This document shows, piece by piece, positions 1-11,931 of a DNA stretch of 64,000 bases. The notes beneath the pieces were generated by a model. The model did no database searches and had not been told where the DNA came from. It saw nothing but the letters and a program-made list of their open reading frames with translations. The DNA comes from Ascoidea asiatica JCM 7603 (Eukaryota; Fungi; Ascomycota): assembly GCA_001600695.1 (NCBI GenBank), contig BCKQ01000005.1, positions 328,732 through 392,731 on the forward strand. Direction: 5' to 3'. A program made the position numbers and the translations under genes. How positions within the stretch are numbered: the first letter of the stretch is position 1; each line of letters opens with the position of its first letter.

Positions 1-846
1 AATTCAAATTCAAATTCAAATTCAAATTCAATTTCAATTTCAATTTCAAATCAAAATTCAAGAAATTCTCTTCTTAGATCAAAAAGTTATCATTTCAATA
101 ATTCAAACAATAATTCAAATAATAATAATACCGTTAAAAATAAATATTCATTCCTTAAAAATAATAACACCGATAATTTAATTTCTTCCAATTCAAATTC
201 AAATTCAAAACCAATTAATAAAATTTATCGTTCTGTTTCCTTATATAATCATAAAAATCATGATCTAAATTCATTTCAATCTATTTCTAATCCAATTTCA
301 AATTCTCCTCCTACAAAAGTTTTAAATGATCTTTCTTTCTTAAATAATTATCAATCTAATAATTCTACTCAATTATCTTTACAAGATTCAAATTATTCAT
401 TTAATTCAAATACTTCAATTAATTCAAATAATTCAAATAATTCTGCTTTAAATAATTACTCAAATTATTCAAATTATCCATCCAATTTAAATAATTCAAA
501 TAATTCTTGGAATTTCAATTCAAATTTAAACTCAAATTCTAACTCAAACTCCAACTCAACGAACTCAAACTCGAACTCTTCTCACTCTTCAATTGCAAGT
601 CCTGAAAATGATTCTTTTTCTTTTAATTCTTCTTCTACAACTATTACTAATGATTCTTTTAATAGTTCAAAAAATTATTATACCTCGAATACAAAAGAAA
701 TTATTTCTTCCAAAGAAGATGATGATGATTTTTCTTCTATTTTATCTTCAATCAATAATATTAATCTTTCAAATAATGATCAATCTCAAAATCAATTCTC
801 TTCAAAATCTGATCTTAATTTCGATTGGTTAAAAGTTTGGGCTTAG
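1..846 (+). CDS. 3' part of an Asn/Ser-rich low-complexity protein, truncated by the window start; ends ...DLNFDWLKVWA*
   Basis: Frame 1 reads as codon-like AAT/TCA repeats from base 1 to TAG at 844-846. It is absent from the ORF track, presumably because its start lies outside the window. No family recognised. Confidence 0.75.
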   Translation, partial: NSNSNSNSNSISISISNQNSRNSLLRSKSYHFNNSNNNSNNNNTVKNKYSFLKNNNTDNLISSNSNSNSKPINKIYRSVSLYNHKNHDLNSFQSISNPISNSPPTKVLNDLSFLNNYQSNNSTQLSLQDSNYSFNSNTSINSNNSNNSALNNYSNYSNYPSNLNNSNNSWNFNSNLNSNSNSNSNSTNSNSNSSHSSIASPENDSFSFNSSSTTITNDSFNSSKNYYTSNTKEIISSKEDDDDFSSILSSINNINLSNNDQSQNQFSSKSDLNFDWLKVWA

Positions 847-2073
847 AATAAATTTTATCCACTCTTAAGATTTTTAATATATTATTACTACTCTTTTAGA
901 ATTATTTTGAATTATTTTGAATTATTTAATCGATTTTTAATCTTTTTTTACATTTGCATTCTTTAAAATCTAAATTTTTTTTATCTTTTTTCATCTTTTT
1001 TCATCTTTTTTTCATCTCTTTTTTTATCTCTTTTTTATCTCTTTTTTCTAATCCTTTCAATTTATTCTTAATCTGTTTTCACCTTGTTTTCACCTTGTTT
1101 TTACTTTGTTTTGTTTTGTTTTGTATTGTTTCAATTATGCTTTATTTTATTATGAACATTTCAATTATTATTATTTCAATTAGTGTTATATTATCATTAT
1201 CCTCTTATAATATTTTGCCTTAACTAAATTCAAATTATATTCAAAGGTAAAACTAGAATTGTATAACAGTATATATGGAAGAGAAAAAAAAATCCTCAAT
1301 TTTTTGTTATTATGGTGTTAAGTTTACTAAAATTTTGTTAATCATATTATTTACTTATTATTTACTTATTGTTCTCATTTTTATTCACTTTAATGTTAAC
1401 TTTTTTTTTGTCTTTTTTTAAAAAAAATCTGTTTTTTTTAATATTTTATATGAGCTATATGTTTTTTCAATGGAAAAAGTCCTACAATTGTTTTTTTTCT
1501 AAAAAATGGAGAGATTTATTTATATTGGATTTTATATTTTTATTACATATTTTCTTTATAAATTTTTATCCTGTGTTGGTATACCTATTTTGTTTGGTTG
1601 AATATTTAAATTCTGGACTTTATCTGTTATAAAAAAAATTTTATGAATTTTCTTTGGTAATCAATTTTTCTTTGATTTCTTTATGTTTTTCCTTTTTACT
1701 TTGAATTATATTTATTATTTGTACTACAGTAGTCACTTATTTTTTTTTATTATTTACCTTCTTATTAAACTTCTTTATTTATTCAAATATTTCAATTTAC
1801 TTTTAAGTTTTTTTAAAGTTTAGGTTTTCAAAAAACCAGAAAGTTGGTTTCTCTTGGGTCACATGTGGTTTTTTTGAATTTTGGAATGAATTATTTTGAA
1901 AAGTTAAATTTATATTGAATTATTTATTATAACTTTATAGAATTAATACCATAATGTAGAAAAAATAAATATCTATCAAAGTCATACTTTGAATGAACTT
2001 TAATAAATATCTTTATAATAATAATATTCAAAATAACAATAGTAAAAGCAACTATAATTTTATAAATTTAAAA

Positions 2074-2373
2074 ATGGTGAATAGTGTAAATAGTGAAAAT
2101 AAAAGAAAAGAAGAATTTCCTAAAGAAATGTCATGTAAAGAAGCATTTGATCAATTATTTCAATGTTATACAGTTGGAGGGCAATTTCGAAATTATTATA
2201 GATATGGAGAATTAAACGAATGTAATAAAGAGGTAAAGAAATTTAAAATATGTATGATGAATAAATTTAGAAATGAAAAAGAAAAAAGTAAAATTGTTGA
2301 AAATTTCTATAGAGAAAGGTATAATGAGAATAAAGTTAAAGGTAATAGTGAAGATATATGGGATTTGAGGTAA
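2074..2373 (+). CDS. EMI1: Early meiotic induction protein 1 (twin CX9C, DUF3128-like)
   Basis: MSCKEAFDQLFQCYTVGGQFRNYYRYGELNEC..KFKIC and C-terminal SEDIWDLR are typical of Emi1. The ATG at 2074 has AAA context; the upstream ATG at 1993 is an alternative start. Confidence 0.85.
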   Translation: MVNSVNSENKRKEEFPKEMSCKEAFDQLFQCYTVGGQFRNYYRYGELNECNKEVKKFKICMMNKFRNEKEKSKIVENFYRERYNENKVKGNSEDIWDLR

Positions 2374-2860
2374 ATGAATAATTTTGAAGTTATTTTTTAA
2401 ATAAATTAAATCACTGTAAATAGATAGATGAATGAAAAATTTGATAAGCAGATAGATAGATAGGTAGATAGATAGATAAATATATAAATAAATAAAGTAG
2501 AAAGTTCAATATGTATTGTTTTTTTAAAATAAAGAAATGAGAAAGTTTAATAAAATGATTAATTAAATGAATAAATGGGGAAATGAATATTTGAATGAAT
2601 ATTTGAAAGAAAGAAAGAAAGAAAGAAAGAAAAATAAAGAAAAAGAAAAAATAATGATAATCAAATGTCAAATTTCAAAAGAAAATGAAAAAAAAAATGA
2701 AAAAGAAAATGTAAAAGAAAAGATAAAAGAAAATGGGAATGAAAATGAAAATGAGAATCAAATTATATAGAATAATAATGTATATAAATAAAAAGAGATT
2801 ATATTGGAGATAGAATATATTTTGGAAATGGTTGTATTCTAATGTTAACTAAGATGATGT

Positions 2861-3931
2861 TTATTTGTTAATGTCATCATCATCATCATCGTTATCGTTG
2901 TCGTCGTCGTCATTGTTATTGTCATCATTGTCATCATCGTCATCATTATTATTATTATTATTATTATTACTATTATCAGCATCATCATCGTTATCAGCGT
3001 CAATAATATTATCGTTGTCAGCATTACTATTTTCATAACTATCGGGATTAACATCATTATTGTCATCTTTAGAAATATGATTATTATCATTAGTTATTTG
3101 ATCATCATTATTATTTGAATTACGATTATGATTATGATTATTATTATGATTTTTAACAGAACTTTTTCGAAGAGAAGAAGTAAGTGAATGTGTATTGATA
3201 TCATTTAAAAGATCAGAATCATCAGAATTAATTGAAGCAAAATCAGTTATTCGAGAATTTGAAATTATATCTATATCATTTAAATTATCAATTGAATTAT
3301 TCAAATTATTATTAAGATTAAGATTATTTGAATGTTCAATTTGAGATTCCATATCAACAGTATGAACCATTTCAATTAATTCTATTGTTTCATAAAGACA
3401 CATTTTAAATTTCAATTTTTCATAACCTGAAAAATTTTTACAATATTTAGTCATAATATTATTTGTAAAATCTTCTCTTTGAGAAATATTATCAATTTTA
3501 TTATTATCGATATATTCAGTATAATCATTTTCAAATTCTTTTAATTGTTTAATTACAACTAAATTTAATTTAAATTCTTTCATAATAATATTATAAAACC
3601 AATTTTTTAAATCTTTTGGATTTTTAAAAAATTTTAATTCAACAGGATCTAATTCATCTAAAGATAAATTTGAAGAAGAATTACCAGAAGAAGAATTTGA
3701 TGGATTTAATTTATAATTTAAATTTGTTAATATTCTTTTCCAATAATTATCTTGTTTTGAAATATTTACTCTTAAAAAAGGTTTATAAAATAAAATTTGT
3801 TCATAAACATAAAAATTGATTAAATCTAAATCATGATCAAGATTATTTGATTTAATATTATTCAGTATATAAATGTAGGATAAATAAATAATTGAAATTG
3901 GTAGGAGAAGAAAAGTTATAAAAAATATCAT
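2861..3931 (-). CDS. Hypothetical protein with N-terminal transmembrane/signal anchor and acidic D/N-rich tail
   Basis: 356-aa ORF: hydrophobic residues 1-23, globular-looking middle region, low-complexity C-terminus. Confidence 0.75.
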   Translation of the reverse strand: MIFFITFLLLPISIIYLSYIYILNNIKSNNLDHDLDLINFYVYEQILFYKPFLRVNISKQDNYWKRILTNLNYKLNPSNSSSGNSSSNLSLDELDPVELKFFKNPKDLKNWFYNIIMKEFKLNLVVIKQLKEFENDYTEYIDNNKIDNISQREDFTNNIMTKYCKNFSGYEKLKFKMCLYETIELIEMVHTVDMESQIEHSNNLNLNNNLNNSIDNLNDIDIISNSRITDFASINSDDSDLLNDINTHSLTSSLRKSSVKNHNNNHNHNRNSNNNDDQITNDNNHISKDDNNDVNPDSYENSNADNDNIIDADNDDDADNSNNNNNNNNDDDDDNDDNNNDDDDNDNDDDDDDINK

Positions 3932-4023
3932 TTTGATATTTAGAAAAAGATGTAAGATGAATTATAAAAGATATATTATGAGCTATAAGATTTTAATATC
4001 TCATCTATGATAAATATTTACTA

Positions 4024-4058
<35 letters not shown>

Positions 4059-4375
4059 GTATATATAAAATCTTATGTCAATATTGACTAGGAGTTATGA
4101 TAGATTATATTAGTCTATTGTACTATTATTGTCTTGTATTATTACTATATTGTAGTATTGTATTGTATTGTATTGTATTGTATTGTATTATTATACTATT
4201 ATATTGTATTATTGTTTTATTGTTTTACTTGTTGCATTAAATCTAATTCTGAGATTATCCTGGTAATAATTAAGGATTGAAGAAGGAAAAAGTGGTTGAA
4301 AGAGCAAGTTGGCTACGATGGTTATTACAGTGGTTATTACAGTACTACAGCGGTTCACGGTAACGCCAACGCCAG

Positions 4376-4793
4376 TGATTGTTAATCATTTTATTCTTTT
4401 ATTAGAATTGTCTTCGAATATTCTAGGCTACTCTTAGACTTTCTAAGATTGCATAGATTGTTCTACGACTACATTCTATTGCGTTTTCAGAACTTCCGTG
4501 TGCATGTTAAATGTACTAGAACGTTCTGGGTCTGCATTATTTATTCTTTCTTCGAAGTTCTGTGTGCATCTCGAATGTACTGGAATCTTCGTGTTTGTTC
4601 TTAGAATGACGTAGTGTCTTCTAGAACAAGACTTTCACATACTAAATTTACAAATTTATTCTTAAGATGGGTTACCCGCTCCTATTTTCCACTAATATAA
4701 ATAGGGCACTTACCTCCCATATTTTTTATTGTTTATAATTTGAATTAGATATCTTCTTAGTAATAATTATATATTTCGTTCGAACTACAATCA
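4376..4793 (+). mobile_element. Solo LTR (418 bp), probably Ty3/gypsy type
   Basis: Termini TGATTGT...ACAATCA form a 7-bp inverted repeat with TG...CA ends. Direct repeat CCAG flanks both sides (4372-4375, 4794-4797). TATAAATA at 4696-4703. Internal imperfect duplication (~4490-4540 vs ~4554-4603). Confidence 0.75.
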
Positions 4794-4799
4794 CCAGCT

Positions 4800-5500
4800 A
4801 CAACCCGCCCGGTGGCGTCAACGCTAGCTCCACTGACTGCAACTACAGTACCACCCACACGGAAGCAAAAAATGTAAGCAAGCAGGGCGGGTAACCGCGG
4901 ATATCCCACGGACGCGGAGAAGTGAGCCACGGTTACAGATTGAGGAGTCTCAAGCGTCTTGTCTGTTGACATGTGTAGCGAAGCTGTGTGTCACGAGTCC
5001 TGTTCCGGTAAACACTAAATTTACACGTGCTCTGTTTTTGTCATCTTGAAACCCTCAAGAAATGCGTAACCCTAATTATGAGGCTAGAGTACAGGATGAG
5101 GCTCTATTAGATCTTCATCCAGACGTTGATGAGGCTTGAAATAAGTAAACTGTGGATGGTGCAAGGAACGGGTAAGGCTGAAGAGCAAGCAGGTGAAATA
5201 AGAAGCAGGGAATGCAGCAGGGAATACAGAGAGAAGACAGAGAGAAGAGCGAAGAAAGCAGGGAACAGGGAGCATGGAAGACTCGGCCATAGCGCCAGTC
5301 CACAGTGCGCCACAGTGCGCCACTCCTCTTCTGAGCATTATCTGCTCCCGCTGCCACGCACAAGCCCGGTCTCCAGCCAGCAGTCCGTGAGTGTTACCAT
5401 TACCATGACTATCAGTAACCCTCACTTCCAGGACTGCACTCGAGTACTCGAGTGCCGGCAAAGATAGTCAGGCAAATGGTCAGATCAAATGAGAATATCC
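4800..5500. promoter_or_regulatory. GC-rich regulatory island between the divergent hypothetical gene and FLO8
   Basis: GC far above background. Reb1-like CGGGTAA (4888-4894), CACGTG (~5024), Tbf1-like TAACCCTAA (5067-5075), tandem CACAGTGCGC x2 (~5301-5320). Confidence 0.55.
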
Positions 5501-6668
5501 AGCTTATTTCCAGCTTCTTTTGCATTCAATGATATTTAGCAGAATAAAATACTGGATAAGTTACTTCTTGACTGATAAGTTAACTTGATACTTGATACTT
5601 GATATTTGATAGAAATAAACACCCTCAAAAGAAGGAAAGAAATATATTCAGTAGTAGAATTAATAATATATCCACAAAACTACAAAATACTCTTTTGCTC
5701 TGAGTAAATTCCAATTTTCACTTATTCCCAGCTTTGGAGTGTTTTGGTGCGTCCATTCAATCCAACTCATTTCGACTACAGTACCATACTACTACCATTA
5801 CTACTACTACAGTAGGTACACTCTCTTCTACAACCAAAGTGAAATTATTTTCATTTTTTACTTTCTATTTTCTAATTTCCAGTTTCTAATTTCTAATTTT
5901 CTTATTTCTTATTTCTTATTTCTAATTTTTATTTTTTATTTTTTGTCATTTATTATTATTAACTGTTTTTCATTTATCATTTATCTTTTTGGTTTCTAAT
6001 ATATAATATTCATTATCAATATTAATCATAATATTTTCACAATAGTATATTATAATAGGGTACTTTGAATTATACTGTCTTATATAATACTAGCTATCAT
6101 AATCAACCTATATTTCAACTATTTTGAGTAAAATTTGTATCCATATTCATTATTTAATATTCAATATTCAATATTCAATATTTAGTATTTAATATTAATA
6201 ATTCACTTTATCTTATTCAGTCTTCTTTTTAATCTGAATAATATTATTCAAGACTAAGACAATAAGTGAGTGCTTTAAAAGATTTATAAATTTCAAAAAT
6301 TTCATTATCAAATCCTTACATTTTTTATAATACATATTCAACCAAGTATAAACTATTAACTATTACAATAATAATCCTCTGATTCTTTCAATTTCCATTA
6401 TCGTATCTTATTTATAATATCTCATAGGCCTATCTTTCTTTACTTCTTATAAAACAAAAAAAATTACAATACAAAAAAAAACAATATAGTATAATATAAT
6501 ATATTAATATATATATATACTATATATATATATATATATATACTTTTATATATCTATATCTATGTATATATAATTACACATTGATAATCTAAAATAAATA
6601 TTATAAATATTGACTAAACTCAAATTTTTACTCAAAATAATATAAATGGTCCTTTACTGAACTCTCAA

Positions 6669-9600
6669 ATGAATTTAAATGATAAAAATATAAAATCTAT
6701 TAATATCAATAATAATAACATTAATAATAACATTCATAATAATAATATAAATTCTTCTCAAATTCAAATGAATGGTAGTCAAGTTAATCCAGTTAATCAA
6801 TTTAATCAAATTAATCAACTTTCTCAACTTAATCAATTTGGTCAATTAAGTCAACTCAATCAACTTGGTCAAATGAATGGTCAAATGAATGGTCAAATGA
6901 ATGGTCAAATGAGTGGTCAAATAAATGGTCAACTTAATACACAAATGAATTCTAATATGAATTCTCAAATTAATCAAAATAATCCAATGAATCACTTAAC
7001 TCAAATTAATAATCAACTTAATAATCAAAATACTACTAATCAATTATCACAAGTTAATCCAATTAATCCAATTAATCCAATCAATCCAATAAATCCAATA
7101 AATCCAATGAACCAAATGAACCAAATGAATCAAATGAATCAAATAAATCAATTAAGTCAAATTAATCAATTAAATCAAATTAATCAATTAAATCAAATGA
7201 ACCAAATATCTCAAATCAATCCTATTAATAAAATAAATCCATTAAATCCAATAAATCAAATTAATCAGTTAAACCATTCAAATCCAGGTAATCAATTAAA
7301 TAATCAATTGAATAATCAATTAACCAACCAACTAACCAACCAATTGAATAATCAATCTAGTCCAATTAATATAATTAATCCTTTCAACCAAGCTGATCAA
7401 TTAAGTCAATACAATCAATTCAATCAATTAAATCAGTTAAGTCAATTATCTCAATTAAGTCAAAGAAATCCAAATAATCATTCAAATAATCAATTAAATA
7501 ATCAAATCAACCAAAATAAACAAAATAATCAAATTATTCAAAATAATCAAAGTAATTTAGCTATTCAAAATAATCAGAATAATCAAAATAATCAAAATAA
7601 TCAATTTGCTCAATATAAACAATTAGCTCAAATTAATCCAGTTAATTCTCAACTTAATTCTCTTAATGCTTTAGATCAATTACAATTTAATAATATTAAT
7701 CCTTTAAATCAATTTCAATATTCTCATATAAATCAAATTCAAAATCAAGGTCAAAATCAATTTCAAAATAGTAATACGGCAACCCCTACTCCATCCTTAA
7801 AACAAATTTCTTTACAAAATATATCTTCACCTTCAAATATTAATAATCTATCAAATAATAATCATCAATTGATAAACCAAGCGCCAAATTTTTCATCTTT
7901 ACCTCACCATCCTCAAAATCAAAATCAAAATCAAAATCAAAATCAAAATCAAAATCAAAATCAAAATCAAAACCAAAACCAAACTCAAAATCAAAATCAA
8001 AATCAAATTAAAGGTCAAACTGAACCTCCTTCTCTAGCTTCAATTTCAACAACTGCTTTACCCTCAGTCCCTGCTTCTATTCCTACTTCAATACAACCTC
8101 AATTTCAATTACAACCCAAACCCGCGTCACAATCTCAACCCCAATCCCAATCCCAATCCCAGTCACAAACAGTTTCTCAAACTTCAAACAAAGTCAAAAT
8201 AAAAGAACAGCTTGATCGATCTCAGAATAAAAGTAATATTCAATCAGAAAATTTAAGCTCAATACACAATCAAATTCAAAATCAAATTCAAAACATGACT
8301 CCTATTTCAAACAATGATCTTGGCCTGATGCAAGATATCCCTTTTTCTGGTTCATTTGTTACTAATTCATCTATTTCTAATCAATTAGATCATTTTTCAT
8401 CAATTTTTAATTCTTTAAATTCTTCTGAGAATTTAAATATTTATGTTTATGACTTTCTATTAAAAAATGGTTTGTTTAACTCTGCAAAAAATTTCCTCAA
8501 AGAATCAAATATTCCAAAATCCTTATTAAACCCCGTATTAAAATCTTCTCCTTCTAAGAATATATCTAAAAATATTGATTCTACTTCAGCTACTTCTCAA
8601 TTTGATTTACCTACAATCAATATTCCTAAGAATATTCAAAATAGCTATCTCTTTGAATGGTGGGATATATTTTGGAAAACTCATAAGGCAAAACATAGAA
8701 ATGCTGCCATGCTTCAATTACAGCAGTTTCAAAATAATTCTCAAACTAATTTACAAAATAATCCTAAAAAAAATTTATTGGATGAAGAAGATTCTGATTT
8801 AATTTATTCTCAATTTCATTCTCTCGAACATTCAAGAAAAAGATTAAAGATTAAAAACTTATCTGTTCAAAAATTCAATCATTCAATATTATCTCCCAAC
8901 AATTATCCAATAGTGGATCAATTTTATCACAACTCAGCAGCATCTTCAAATTATCCACCAAATGCAAACTTAAACTCAAACCAACAATTTCTGATGTCCA
9001 ATGTTATACCGAATTCTCAAACAATTCAACAGCAATCACTAACTCCCCAAAATCAAATTGTTCAGCAGCAATATCAACACCTGAAAACAAATTTCAATAA
9101 TTCTTCACTCAGTACTACTCATAATTCAAATTCAAACTTCATAAATGGCCACTTGACTGGTAAACTAACTGACACCATAGATAACCACGTTAATAATAAT
9201 ATCAATAATTCTGTAAATAAAAATTTGAACAATAAAAAAATAAATCCATCAAATAACACTTTGACAACCGATAGTTCAATTACTGGCAATAACATTATTA
9301 ATAGTAATAACAATATCAGTAATAACACTAATATCATCAACAGTGAAAGTAATAGTAATAAAAATAATAATAGTAAAAATAACAATGCAGCCAATCTTTT
9401 AAACAATAGTGATAAAAACTTCCAAATGGGATTTACTGTTCCTAATCCTGTCAATAAAAATCAACCACGTAAGCCCAACTCACAACAAGCTGTAGAAATT
9501 GAAAATCAAAGAAGATTCTCTTTGCAACATCAAGCTTATAATAAAAACATTCCTCAATCGACCAATATTCAACAACAAAGTATGCCTAACACTCCAGCGG

Positions 9601-11309
9601 ATTTGACAGGTGCTTCTTCTCCATCGAACACATTTAATAATCCGAAATCTATTTATTTTAAATCCAATAATAATTCCATGTCATCCACAGGCATTAATAA
9701 TATTAAAACAAACTCAAATATATCTAATGGAAACTATCCAAAAAAAATCAATAAATTAACAGGTCAAATTGAAACACATGAAAATTTAGATAAAGGGAAT
9801 TCAGATAATGACGAAACTCTTAGTAACTTCAATAATTATAATCAATCAGGAAAGATCGATTTGGAAAAATCCAAAACAGAAAATATAAAAGAAAATTCAC
9901 TGGATTTTATTGTTCATTTTCAAAATCAATTACGAAAATTAGGTCAAACCTCTCAGGAAAGAAAACATCCTGATAAAAAGCTTTCTAAATTAGTAAAATC
10001 CAGTTCTTCGGCAATAGCGAATACATTTTCATCTTCTCCGTCTTATAAAGATCAAGTTTCCTCCTTAACTACTTCCGTTGATTCTGGAACAGAAAATCAT
10101 CAAAAAGTAGATGAAATAAATCAAAATAAGAAAAAAAGCCAAGAAGGTATGCCCCCTCCTAGTAAAACTCCAAAAGATTCACCAACCCTGTCAACTGTAT
10201 CTGGTGGAAGTGATAAACCCAAAAAGAAGACTAGAAGAAGGAAAAAGCAAAATTCAATAAGTGACTCTAATTCTAATTCTAGTCATAATGGTAGTGGATT
10301 CCATTCAAACGGTTCAGAAACACCAACACCTCCAACACCTAGTACCCCTCTTCCACCTTCAAATGTTTTAACTGGAGATACTTCTTCTGTTACCCGAAGA
10401 TCGGCAAAGTCAAATATTTCAAATAAAGTTGATGATCCCAAAAGTAATGCCACTAAAAATGCCATTAATAATAACATTGACAAAAATGGTGAAATCATTA
10501 ATAATAATAATGACAATGATGGTCAGCATTTAGAAAATGGGTTAAGTGTTAAAAATGGTAGAAATTCTACCGATTCCAAAAGTAATGAAAAAGTCAATAT
10601 TTCTGCTAATAATATCTCAAAGGTGGTACCTCTAGACAAAGGTATGGATAATCGAAAGAATAACACCATAGATGACCATGATTTCACTACAATGATCGAG
10701 GATAAAAGCGACTCTTGGATAAATCCTGCTGCTAATGAAAATGATATAAAAAGTAATTCTGCAAATGGCAATATTAGTAAAACTTCGGCTATGAATGCAA
10801 AGGAAACTAGCCCTCATGCTGATGAAACTAATAAAACGAAAACTAATTCATTTAATATAAGCAATAATAGTGCCAAAATTTCTTCTGAATCTATTACAGC
10901 CATTGATCACAATGACAATACTATTAATAATAATACAATTGATACTGAAGACATCAGAATGATATTTGATGATCCTGAATCAACTGTGATTGGTAATAGA
11001 AAAAGTGATTTGGATATAAATAAATTTTCAATGATGGACAAATCTTTACTTTCATCTACACTAAAGGATTTTAAGTCAGGTAGCAAAGAATCCTCTGCAG
11101 ATCCCGGAGAAAACTTAACATTTCCCACAGATTTAAATTTTGAAACTCATATGAACTTATATGATATTACAGGAACTCAATCGAGCGATCTAAATGTATC
11201 TAATGGCTTAAATGCTTCTGATTTTCCTAGCAGTAATTTCCTAGATCTTGATATGGATCATCTATTCAACACCACCGATGGTCCTAATGGCTTTTTTGAT
11301 AATTTGTGA
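6669..11309 (+). CDS. FLO8: Flo8/Mss11-family transcription factor with LisH/LUFS domain and very long Q/N-rich N-terminus
   Basis: LUFS motif LNIYVYDFLLKNGLFNSAKNFLKES...YLFEWWDIFW. Adjacent to GLE2 and near KAP123/SWI4, matching the S. cerevisiae YER107C-YER111C neighbourhood. Confidence 0.75.
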   Translation: MNLNDKNIKSININNNNINNNIHNNNINSSQIQMNGSQVNPVNQFNQINQLSQLNQFGQLSQLNQLGQMNGQMNGQMNGQMSGQINGQLNTQMNSNMNSQINQNNPMNHLTQINNQLNNQNTTNQLSQVNPINPINPINPINPINPMNQMNQMNQMNQINQLSQINQLNQINQLNQMNQISQINPINKINPLNPINQINQLNHSNPGNQLNNQLNNQLTNQLTNQLNNQSSPINIINPFNQADQLSQYNQFNQLNQLSQLSQLSQRNPNNHSNNQLNNQINQNKQNNQIIQNNQSNLAIQNNQNNQNNQNNQFAQYKQLAQINPVNSQLNSLNALDQLQFNNINPLNQFQYSHINQIQNQGQNQFQNSNTATPTPSLKQISLQNISSPSNINNLSNNNHQLINQAPNFSSLPHHPQNQNQNQNQNQNQNQNQNQNQNQTQNQNQNQIKGQTEPPSLASISTTALPSVPASIPTSIQPQFQLQPKPASQSQPQSQSQSQSQTVSQTSNKVKIKEQLDRSQNKSNIQSENLSSIHNQIQNQIQNMTPISNNDLGLMQDIPFSGSFVTNSSISNQLDHFSSIFNSLNSSENLNIYVYDFLLKNGLFNSAKNFLKESNIPKSLLNPVLKSSPSKNISKNIDSTSATSQFDLPTINIPKNIQNSYLFEWWDIFWKTHKAKHRNAAMLQLQQFQNNSQTNLQNNPKKNLLDEEDSDLIYSQFHSLEHSRKRLKIKNLSVQKFNHSILSPNNYPIVDQFYHNSAASSNYPPNANLNSNQQFLMSNVIPNSQTIQQQSLTPQNQIVQQQYQHLKTNFNNSSLSTTHNSNSNFINGHLTGKLTDTIDNHVNNNINNSVNKNLNNKKINPSNNTLTTDSSITGNNIINSNNNISNNTNIINSESNSNKNNNSKNNNAANLLNNSDKNFQMGFTVPNPVNKNQPRKPNSQQAVEIENQRRFSLQHQAYNKNIPQSTNIQQQSMPNTPADLTGASSPSNTFNNPKSIYFKSNNNSMSSTGINNIKTNSNISNGNYPKKINKLTGQIETHENLDKGNSDNDETLSNFNNYNQSGKIDLEKSKTENIKENSLDFIVHFQNQLRKLGQTSQERKHPDKKLSKLVKSSSSAIANTFSSSPSYKDQVSSLTTSVDSGTENHQKVDEINQNKKKSQEGMPPPSKTPKDSPTLSTVSGGSDKPKKKTRRRKKQNSISDSNSNSSHNGSGFHSNGSETPTPPTPSTPLPPSNVLTGDTSSVTRRSAKSNISNKVDDPKSNATKNAINNNIDKNGEIINNNNDNDGQHLENGLSVKNGRNSTDSKSNEKVNISANNISKVVPLDKGMDNRKNNTIDDHDFTTMIEDKSDSWINPAANENDIKSNSANGNISKTSAMNAKETSPHADETNKTKTNSFNISNNSAKISSESITAIDHNDNTINNNTIDTEDIRMIFDDPESTVIGNRKSDLDINKFSMMDKSLLSSTLKDFKSGSKESSADPGENLTFPTDLNFETHMNLYDITGTQSSDLNVSNGLNASDFPSSNFLDLDMDHLFNTTDGPNGFFDNL
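7914..8007 (+). repeat. (CAAAAT)n coding microsatellite encoding a (QN)n tract in FLO8
   Basis: Directly visible hexamer repeat. Confidence 0.9.
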
Positions 11310-11931
11310 AAAATTTTATTCACGAATTTTAATTTTCCTTTTTCTTTCAAATGTTTGATAAATTATGTATTTCCTATTGTATTTTGTTTTCATTTTTTTT
11401 TTTAGTTTTTGTTATTTATTAGTTTTAATGTTCCTTTTGTATTGCTTATATTTTCTTGAGACATAGTTCCCTTAGGACGTATAGTTTTATTTTTGATGTA
11501 TTATAGTATTTTAGTTCTTATATTTTTTTCTACAAGGCTGATAAAAAAAGTTTCCTTTCAAAATTGAAACCTTCTTAAAATAGAAAATAAATTAGTATTA
11601 TTGTAATTTATGTGAATTAATTCGACTTGAAAAAAAAAAGAATTATTCAAGTAGCATTGTAGTTTTTGTTTATTATATTTAAAACTAAATTATTGAAAAT
11701 TAAGAGTTCTTCATTTAAATACTTTTCTGTATAAATCTACTGAAAAGAATATTTTAAATAATTTTCAAATAAAACATATTCAAAATCATAACAAAAAATT
11801 GCTGCTTGGCTAGAAATCCTTTAAATGGGAAACCGACTTTTAGAATTTCAAAAATAGCAATAAATAAAATTAGAATAAAATCAAAAAATTTGAAAGAAAA
11901 AATCATCAAAAATTGAAGTTTGATATCCAGA

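Noticed and set aside
593-1632. Short F/L/I-rich ORFs here and similar antisense or shadow ORFs across the window (e.g. 9119-9454, 19387-19824, 48653-49223)
   Set aside because: By-products of low-complexity AT-rich DNA or of the reverse strand of real genes.
4705-4720. ACTTACCT as a U1 snRNA 5' end
   Set aside because: Lies inside the solo LTR just after its TATA box; no U1 stem-loops or Sm site follow.
4757-5467. Several overlapping short ORFs in the GC-rich island
   Set aside because: No recognisable domains, atypical codon usage, and mutual overlap as expected from stop-codon scarcity.
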